The notes under the pieces: generated by a model
Told to the model about the DNA's origin: nothing
Seen by the model: only the letters and a program-made list of their open reading frames with translations
The model's database searches: none
In this document: piece after piece, positions 55,461 to 64,000 of the stretch
How positions within the stretch are numbered: position 1 is the stretch's first letter
Layout: every line of letters begins with the position of its first letter
Assembly: GCF_009914755.1 (NCBI RefSeq)
Contig: NC_060932.1
Length of the DNA stretch: 64,000 nt
Source of the DNA: the human T2T-CHM13v2.0 reference genome, Homo sapiens
Direction: 5' to 3' (one strand)
Program-made: the position numbers and the translations under genes

Positions 55461-57208
55461 ACATATATAGTCTTCTGCCCTTTTACCTCCTCAGAACCCC
55501 ACTTCCAAGGTGACTGAATGGATCTGGGGACCAAGTTTTCTCCTGGATTTCCAAATCCAATTAATGAGTGTCTAAAGAGAAATGCTTCATTCTCTAGTAA
55601 AGCAGCAACTGACTAGAGCACTGTTGTCACCATGAGCCTTGGATCCAGCTGGCAATCACTTAGGAGCAATCAGAGAAATAGTGTTCTTACTGAGAGGAGA
55701 GAGTTAGCAGGCCTCAAGATTGTATCTAATTAGCTACTGGTGGATTGGTTTTCTCCACTGAATAATATGAGGGATAAATGGCTTACTATAAGCCTGACCA
55801 CTGGGAAGTATCTTTTTCTAGGGATCTATTTTTTTTTTTTTATCTAGTTACTTGCATTTCCCTCAGATCTTGGGTGACTAAAGCCCTCCTAGAATCCTGG
55901 AGGTGAAAAAGATGCCTTCACACAGGAGTGAGCTCCCTATTCCTGGAAGCAATCAAGCAGACGCCGGATGCCTGTTGCTCATGGCTGCTCCTCTGAGAAA
56001 AACTTTGTATCTGTGAGGTACAGCTATTCTGCAGCATCCAATATCAACTGTGTGGCCTGTGGTAAGCCCTTTTAACTAACTGGGGCTCATTTTCCTCCGT
56101 GGCAAGATGGGAACATGTGAGTTGTGAAGGTGGGAGGAGAGGGAAGCACAGATTTGCACAGGATGTCTTTGAGGACCGTCACCTACAGTTACCCTCAGTG
56201 CTTTCTACAGAGCACACAGCCATTCCCCATCTCTGCTCTTCCTGTATCCCTATGCCTGAGTTGCCTGGCTGTTCCTCCAAGAGTCAGACAGCAGAGGAGG
56301 GTATAAAGGCAGAGAGAATGCCCTCTGGGCACTGATGGGCACTTTCCAGAGAGCAGCATCTTGGGGGTGTAGATTTCTTATCTCACTGCACTATGAGTAA
56401 ACCAGTGCTCAGAGCTTTAGTAGTTGGAAGAGCTGGGTTGTAAATAAATCCTTCCAAAGAGACAGTCACATGTTAAAATTCAGATGCATTTGAAACCTAG
56501 GAGTTGAGATAGCAGGACCTAAGTAGGGGATCAGCAAGACCCATAGAAACAAGGGAAGGATGCTGGAACAGCCCTGCCAGGTACCAGACAGGAAGCAATC
56601 CTGGCTCATCCATCACATCACAGCAGCCACTGCTGAGTGCAGCTAACCACAGACAAGATGAATGGCATCCAAGTGGGAAGGGGAAGAGGCAGAGGAGGGA
56701 AGAGCTGAAGCAGATGCCCAGCAGACACAAGGTCCAGTTCCTCCGCTGCTCTGAGGCCAGCCAGCCAACACTGGGATTGGTAGGAGAATCAGAAGTGATA
56801 ATGATCACAATGGCATAAGAGACTGAGGGCCAGAGAAGATTTCATGACAGCCTCACTATAGAGTGGATGGCAGGAGGTGGCTCCATGAGGCTGATGCACT
56901 CCCAAGCTCACAGAGCAGCCACATAGTGGGTGGCATTGAGCACATGCCGCTCTGCCTTCTGTTTCGCCATTAAACATCTCTGTGTGTGAAGATCTTTGAG
57001 AACCTGAGCTTGTTTTCCAACTCCTTTAAGTTTTTAAATCTAATACTATTCTCAGAATTCCTTTGCTAATTTATTCAATTGTTCATTTCTTCATTAAGCA
57101 AACATTTATTGTATGCCTGCTAAGCACCTGGAACCAAGCTGAGAACTGGAACTCAGTGAAGGACAAGCACTTGAGGGCCTGCCCTCTGCAGCATCCAGCC
57201 ATTTGTGG

Positions 57209-57621
57209 TGTTTTAGTCTGTGTGCATTGCTACAAAGAAATACTTGAGGTTGGGAAATTTATAAAGAACAGAGATGTATTTGGCTGACGGTTCTACAGGC
57301 TGTACAAGAAGCATGGAGCCAGTATCTGCTTGAGAGTTGCTTTCACTCATGACAGAAGGTCAATGGGAGCTGAGCCAGCATGTTCAGAAATCACATGGTG
57401 AGAGAGGGGAGGGAGGTGCCTGGCTCTTCTTAATAATCAGCTCTCACGGGGACTAATAGAGCAAGAACTCACTCATTAACCAAGGACAGCACCCAGCCAT
57501 TCATGAAGGATCCATCCCCATGACCCAAGCACTTCCCACCTGGCCCCACCTTCAACACTGGGGATCAGATTTCAACATGACATCTGGTAGGGGCCAAACA
57601 AACCATATCTAAACCATAGCA
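57209..57621 (-). mobile_element. MSTB-like solo LTR
   Basis: TGTTTTAGTCTGTGTGCATTGCTACAAAGAAATAC...AACACTGGGGATCAGATTTCAACATGA...AAACCATATCTAAACCATAGCA. Confidence 0.92.
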
Positions 57622-57794
57622 CAGGGGAAAGGAGGGCAGGTCTACACCATTTTGCTCATGAAAGTCATTAAGACAGGAGTGGAAGGAGCCATCTTTTCTC
57701 CAGGCTCAGGTTCCCTGGCCCCAAAGTTCTGTCACCCACAAATGCAGGCAGAATGACATATAGAGTGAATGGTAAGATGCAGGTCTAAAACAAT

Positions 57795-57860
<66 letters not shown>

Positions 57861-57862
57861 TC
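57795..57862. repeat. Compound microsatellite (CA)~14(CT)~19
   Basis: Read directly from the sequence. Confidence 0.97.
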
Positions 57863-57994
57863 TTCACTGCATCACAGTCCTTAGCAGGACATCTGGCACT
57901 TAATGATTGCTCAAACAATACATACACGTGCTGGTTTCTAAGGAGCTCTCACGAACCAGCATTGCATTATCAATCTCCTTGGCCATCATTTTTC

Positions 57995-58180
57995 ATCTCC
58001 TGTAACCCTCACAGCATCCCTATGTTGTAGGCATTCTAAAGCTACTGTTATGAGGTAAGAAAATGAAGGCTGAGAGATTAGGTGACTTGCTCGAGGTCAA
58101 CAGCTAGTGAGTGATTGAAACAGCATTCAGACTTGGAATGTTCTTCCAGAAGTTGCATCCTTAATCACCACATTACTCTG
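57995..58180 (-). mobile_element. MIR
   Basis: CCTCACAGCATCCCTATG...GAAAATGAAGGCTGAGAGATTAGGTGACTTGCTCGAGGTCAACAGCTAGTGAGTG. Confidence 0.8.
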
Positions 58181-59139
58181 CATAAAGGGAAATCATACTT
58201 CTAAAATCTAAAAGAAAAGAATGTACTTGAAAATGTTGACAGTGGTGGCATTTTTATCTGGTTTTGGTGTATCTGTATTCTCGTTTGCTCAAACAAAAAT
58301 TGTTCATGGGCATAAATTACTTGTATGATTTCTTATGCAAGTCTAACACTTGTACAGTTTGAGCACATAAGTGCCCAAAAAATGGAGATAATAGCTACAA
58401 TTTGCTGAATTGTCAGAAAATTAAACAACATAAAGTACATTTATGAGCTGACAGTGCTTGGTTTGTGATAGGCACATTCTGATTCTTTCTTCTTAGAAGA
58501 AGGAGAGACCATGTCTTGGCTCAGAATTTTCTCCACAGTAGGTATCAGAGCACTCACTCTGGGAGGGGTTTTTACAGACCCCACACCTCCTCGAGCTGGA
58601 ATAGAAAGGAAGAGAACCTGCAGCTGAACTCATTACCCCTCCTACCTCCCAAAGATATGGCAGAACCATCAGGATAGTGGAGATGGAAGGAAGTTAAGGC
58701 CAAGCTGAGGGCTGGGGGGATCCCTGTGGAGACCCCAGGACTGGGCCCTGCCAGAGCTGACTGTTGGGTGTTCCTCAGAGGCATGTTCTGGGTACAGCAA
58801 CTCTACCTTCTCCCGTGCATGAACAGCTGCAGATGCACAGGCTCCAGGAAGAATGCTTTTGTGGCCAGTGGGCAGTGGCTGGAGTCCCTACCCAGACAAT
58901 AGGGAGAATGTCAAGACAGATGATCACTAAGGGACCTGGGCTTCTCAAAAGCCCATTGATGTGTATCAGAAACAGGAAGGAAGAGAAAGGAGTTGCAGAA
59001 CACTTCCCTAGATGGAAAAAAAAGCCCCATACAGCCTCAAAGACAGACAAAAGGAGAAGGGAACTTATATTTTAAAGCACCAAGGAGTATGTTACAGCCT
59101 CTGAGTTAAGGTGTTCTAGTCTCTTTGGTCTCAGTTGAT

Positions 59140-59280
59140 TTGCACAGCAACCCTGTGAGCTTAGCATTTTTTTACAGGTATTAAAGCGGAGGCCCAGATC
59201 GGTTAAGTAACTTACCCAATATTACACAGCAGAAGTGGCAGAGGCAGGATTAGAACCACAGTCCTGACTTGAGTGCTGGC
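59140..59280 (-). mobile_element. MIR
   Basis: CACAGCAACCCTGTGAG...GGTTAAGTAACTTACCCAA...AGTGGCAGAGGCAGGATTAGAACC. Confidence 0.8.
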
Positions 59281-59480
59281 TCTCATATTCCCAACGCAGC
59301 AGCAAGCTGCTTCCCGGCGAGCACCCACCTAAAGGTCATCTAGCTGCACCGACACTGAACACCTGCCTGGGTATCTCATTTCATCCTCACATACCAGAGA
59401 CAGAGCTGAAGTCATTAAAGGTTTTTGGATGAAGAAATTGGTCCCCAGAAAATGGAAATGACCTGCCCACAGTCACAGCC

Positions 59481-60180
59481 TGTTACTCTGTTCTCACATT
59501 ACTACAAAGAAATATGAGATGGGGTAATTTACAAAGAAAAGAAGGCCAGACACAGTGTCTCACGCCTGTAATCCCAGCACTTTGGGAAGCCGAAGCGGAT
59601 AGATCACAAGGTCAGGAGTTCAAGACCAGCCTGGCCAGGAGTGAAACCTCGTCTCTACTAAAAATGCAAAATTAGCTGGGTGTGGTGATGAGTGCCTGTA
59701 ATCCCATGTACTCAGGAGGCTAAGGCAGAGAATTGCTTGCACCCGGGAGGCAGAGGTTGCAGTGAGCTGAGACTGCACCACTGCACTCCAGCCTGGGCGA
59801 CTGAGTGTGACTCTGTCTCAAAAAAGAAAAGAGGTTTAATTGACTCACAGTCCTGCGGCTGTCAAAGATGATAACATAGGCCTCTGCTTCTGGGGAGGCC
59901 TCAGGAAGCTTCCAATCATGGTAGAAGGCAAAGTGGGAACAGGCATGTCACATGGTGAAGGCAGGAGGAAGAGAGGGGAAGGAGGTGCCACGCGCTTTTA
60001 ACCAGACCTCACCAAGGACTCAGTCACTATCGTGACAACAGCACCGAGGGGACGGTGCTAAGCCATTCGTGAGGGATCCGCCCCAGTGACCCAGTCACCG
60101 CCTGCCAGGCCCCGCTTCCAACGCTGGGGATTGCAACTCAATAGGAGATTTTGATGGGGACACAGATCCGAACTGTATCA
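59481..60180 (-). mobile_element. MSTA/B solo LTR split by an Alu
   Basis: TGTTACTCTGTTCTCACATTACTACAAAGAAA...GGGGACACAGATCCGAACTGTATCA; exact TSD CAGCC on both sides. Confidence 0.93.
59544..59826 (+). mobile_element. AluS (Sg-like) inside the MST
   Basis: GGCCAGACACAGTG..CACGCCTGTAATCCCAGC...GATCACAAGGTCAGGAG; TSD AAAGAAAAGA derived from the MST. Confidence 0.96.
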
Positions 60181-62059
60181 CAGCCCCTGTACAGAGCAGC
60201 ACTAGGAACAAAACTAGGCCCTCTGATTCACGATGTGGAGCTCTTCCTATACAGGTGATGGTGCCCAATTCACACATCTTTTAAGGGGTGGGCAGGGGGG
60301 AGCTGGTGTTTTCAGGGGAGAGAAAGGCATTCTTCAATCTTTCCAAAATCTTAAATGTAGAACAGTTTTAAGGGGCAGGGGCATGGCCTTACCCCACAGT
60401 CTCTAAGGAGCTCCCTGGAGCAGTAAAAGCCTCCATCCTGCTCCTTCATGCAGTCTGAGCTGGAAATCCCAAGAACAAAGCCTGGCAATCGGCCTCCAGT
60501 TGCTAGTCAGCTACACCATGCCAGGAACCCTGTACAGGCACGGTACCTGTAGCAGGGTATATAAACCTCGCAGCAATCTGGCAGGACACCCTTTTGCCTG
60601 TATTTTACAGACTTAGAATTCACTTTAGTGCCTGCCTCACCAGGCTGGGGCACAGACAAATGAGGGCACCACTTTGGTGATGTCAGGGAAACACTGCCTT
60701 GGCCACGCCAGAAACGCATCTCAAGGACGAGGATCTGCATCCCTACATTGGCTTTGTCAGATGTAACCCAGCACCAAGGACAGCGCCTGGCACATGTCGG
60801 GTGCTTAATAAACATAATGAAAATGCGAAGGATCCTGGTGCTCTGTGGCCACCTCTGGCATGTTTGGAAGCGCTTGTACACCTTCACATTCAAGATCAAG
60901 GTGCTACCGACTTTTGGGCCACTCCGCAGTGACCTCAGACTCTCATACTGTCAAAGCCACGGCAAATCCTACCTCCAGTCCTTTAGGCTGGAAGGAGGGT
61001 GTGTGTGTGTGTCCACGGTTCCCAGTATAATCTGAGCATGACAGGATTTGCATAAAAGTTTCAGAGGCAGCCTGATAGAACAGGGAGAGTATCCCCAGGG
61101 GTGGAAAAAAATACCCTTAATCTGCTGACAGCTGTCCATACAGGGCCCCCAGGGTTCCTCTGTCTCTGTGTCTTTATCTGAAGAAGCAAATGTCTAGCAA
61201 GATATGTGACGAGTGGTGAGTCCAGAGGAAGAAATTAAGCCCTGGGCCTGCCTGAGCTTAGCATACCCTGGCAGCACTGTCTGTCCTCACCTGGTGCAGA
61301 GGCGCACACCTGCTCACTGGGGCCCAGAAGGAACCAAGGCACAACTGAGCAGAATAGGCTTCTCCCCATGCAGTCAGGAAGGAGGTTGAGTCCGCCAGCC
61401 CTAGGTTAAAGCCCAGAGTTCTTTTCTTGTTTGCCAAGCGACTTACCTACAAATACTTTCCATCCAGCTTCATTTGAGAGTCAATTCACATCTGTGAAAT
61501 TCCCCCATGATGCCGTGCGTGCACCACAAGCTTCATTCATTCATTGGACCCCCAATTTTTACTGAATTAAGTCCCTAGCACTGAACATCAGTACAAACCA
61601 GGCCACAAGATAATGAGATGGGCCTGGGCCAACCCTGGCCTGCCTGGGGGAATGACCTTGACAGCATCATCTTTTCTCAGTTGTCCCCTCAAAGTACAGT
61701 GAAGATACACGTGAACTGTTGTGCACCATGGGATCTTGACGGGGAATTTACCGGGGGCTGGAGGTGGCTGTTTGGCAGCAGCCCTTTATAGGCCAGATGT
61801 GACTGGAAGGGTGGAAAAATTTGAGAGATCAAGGCTGGAGCTTCTTTCTGCCCAGGTGACCCCCATACAGCTTTGTCCCTGTCTATCACCAGCAGACATG
61901 GCCTGGATGAGAGGCCTAAGGAAACTGTATATTCCAGAGCTGCTGGGCCTTGCAGTGGATGGAGATGCTGAGCTTCCTGCACTGGTTTCCTTTGTAAAGG
62001 CTAAGTGAAGGCAATGTCTTTTGAAAGTCCATCATGCCTACAAGTTTGCAAACCCCTAT

Positions 62060-62530
62060 ATGCTGTGTGTGTCTGTACAGAGGGAGAAAGGCAGGTCCCT
62101 GCCTTCTGGGGGCTCACATTCTAGGGGATGTAAACTAAAGAAAGGAATGAAGACATAGTCTAAATGATCATTGTTGTTAAGGAACTGAGCAGAGTATTGT
62201 GAGGTGTGGGCTGCGGTGGGCGCTTCACACAAGGTAGGTGGGTCAGGAAAGTCTGTGGAGGGGTGTCCTTCCTTAGCCGACAGCTAAGGACATAAAGGAG
62301 CCATAGGACAAGAATATTCAAGGTGGAAGCACCAGCATGGGCCTTGCTGATATCACAACAAAAAGGAAGGGAACGAGATAAGAGGTAAAGGAAGGAACAC
62401 TGCCAGGGCCTGGTCACACAGGGTCTTGTCATCCAGGCACGGAGGGTGACGTGTGTCCTCGTTGTAAGGGAGCCGAGGGTGGGCTTGCAGCAGGGCAGTC
62501 TTTTGCATCCAATGTATGCTTTCAGAGATT
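62060..62530 (-). mobile_element. L2 fragment
   Basis: GGTCCCTGCCTTCTGGGGGCTCACATTCTAG...GGTGGGTCAGGAAAG...GGGCCTGGTCACACAGGGTCTTG. Confidence 0.7.
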
Positions 62531-63603
62531 CTTCCAGCTGCTGAATGCAGAGTGGTTTGTGGGGCACAGGCGTGGAAGCAGAGAAACCTGGCAGGGGGCG
62601 ATCTCAGTGTGGTGTGATTGTCATCACTGGCTGTAACGTGGGGTATTATAAGCTCCAGTTCTGGATACCCTGTGATTTGAGACGTCTCTGGGCTTCCTCC
62701 TCCCCATGGGCCAGGCACCAGTAGGTGTCACCAGAGACTAGGGGAAACTTTCACTGTGGAGGATGATGGTAGAGAGGGTCTTGCAGAATTCCTGCTAAAT
62801 CCTGGAGGTTTTTCTAGAGCATTAGCTCCAACAAATGTACAGAAACATTAAGTAGCTCTAGGATTCAAACGAGAAAACTGAGGCTCAGTGAGATTTCATG
62901 ATTCTCCCAGCAGTAAGCTGTATCATAACTGGTGCCCTCAGAATTCAAGCTGATGTTTGTCTGATGCCCAAAGCCCCATCTTTCTGGCACAGGAGGCCAC
63001 TGTGCAGGAGGACTCACAGCAAAACTCCAGACCAACACAGGGTGAGAGGAGCCATTTCTTCTGAGAAGCTAAAGTCAAGGGAGCTTCTGGGGGCACCAGG
63101 AAGTATCTCTCTGCTAAGCATAATTTGTGGGACTCTGCCTGATGATAGCCAGGGATAGTGGGACCCATAAGCAGTCCTAGACCAGTGGCCAACAGGAATG
63201 AGAGGGGATGCCCTGTCAGGAATATTAGACATTTATGTTCTGTTATGATGTGACAATTGAGCTGTTAGTCTCACTAAAGAATGGACAGAGAGCTAATGAG
63301 CTGGCATTTAGTGAGAATCCACTCTCGTGCCAGCCCATGCCTCATCAAGTCCCTTTGTTTATGAAATATTTATTGAACATCTGCTAAGCAGACATTCTCC
63401 TCACTGCTAAGAGAGCAGTGAAGAAACAAGATAGAAAATGCTGCCCTCTTGAAGTTCGCTTTCTGCTTGCTGGATGATTTCAGTTTGTCAACAGCTTTCT
63501 GGCGGGGTATAACTTGCCTCATTTTACAGATGAGCAAACCGAGACTGAAAGGTTAAATAGTAGGTGCAAGGCAGAGCTGGGACACAACAGAGGATTCATT
63601 CAC

Positions 63604-63953
63604 AGATATGGCTTGGCTGTGTTCCTATTCAAATCTCAATTGTATCTCCCAGAATTACCATGTGTTGTGGGAGGGACTCAGGGGGAGGTAATTGAATCAT
63701 GGGGGCTGGTCTTTCTCATGCTATTCTCATGATAGTGAATATGTCTCATGAGATCTGATAGGTTTATCAGGGGTTTCTGCTTTTGCTTTTTCCTCATTTT
63801 TTCTCTTGCCGCTGCCATGTAAGAAGTGCCTTTCAACTCCCACCATGATTTTGAGGCCTCCCCAGCCATGTGTAACTGTAAGTCCAATTAAACTTCTTTT
63901 TGTTCCCAGTTTTGGTTATGCCTTTATCAGCAGCATGAAAATGGACTAACACA
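63604..63953 (+). mobile_element. THE1A 5' LTR
   Basis: GATATGGCTTGGCTGTG...GGGGTTTCTGCTTTTGCTTTTTCCTCATT..CTCTTGCCGCTGCCATGTAAGAAG...GGACTAACACA. Confidence 0.95.
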
Positions 63954-64000
63954 GTAAATCGGTACCAGCAGAGTGGGGCATTGCTAAAAAGATACCCAAA
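63954..64000 (+). mobile_element. THE1-int start (continues past the window)
   Basis: GTAAATCGGTACCAGCAGAGTGGGGCATTGCTAAAAAGATACCC matches the start of THE1-int. Confidence 0.9.

Overview
Catarrhine-primate (human-like) non-coding genomic DNA, intergenic or deep intronic. Most of the window is recognisable interspersed repeat: decayed L1 (1-2.45 kb, 33.4-38.4 kb and fragments), about 10 Alus (AluS/AluY), many ERVL-MaLR LTRs (THE1A, THE1B/C, MST, MLT1), MLT2 ERVL LTRs, a MER9 (HERV-K HML-3) solo LTR, an ERV1 (MER4-group) internal segment with its 3' LTR, hAT DNA transposon relics (MER58, MER20, MER5, MER45) and old MIR/L2 fragments. I find no protein-coding exon, RNA gene or prokaryotic-type system; the supplied ORFs are repeat-derived or chance. 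I cannot identify the locus, and subfamily names come from recalled consensus sequences, not a RepeatMasker run, so most boundaries are approximate (exact where a TSD is quoted). I did not find a new biological system. The most notable sequence-level signals are: (i) a locally templated insertion in the G-tract of an L1 3'UTR, (ii) a 39-bp-arm fold-back insertion and an inverted-repeat-bounded micro-inversion, (iii) one MST LTR that is unusually CpG-rich, and (iv) a candidate regulatory block at 27.4-31.8 kb (CTCF motif, AP-1 cluster, CpG/homeobox-motif element).
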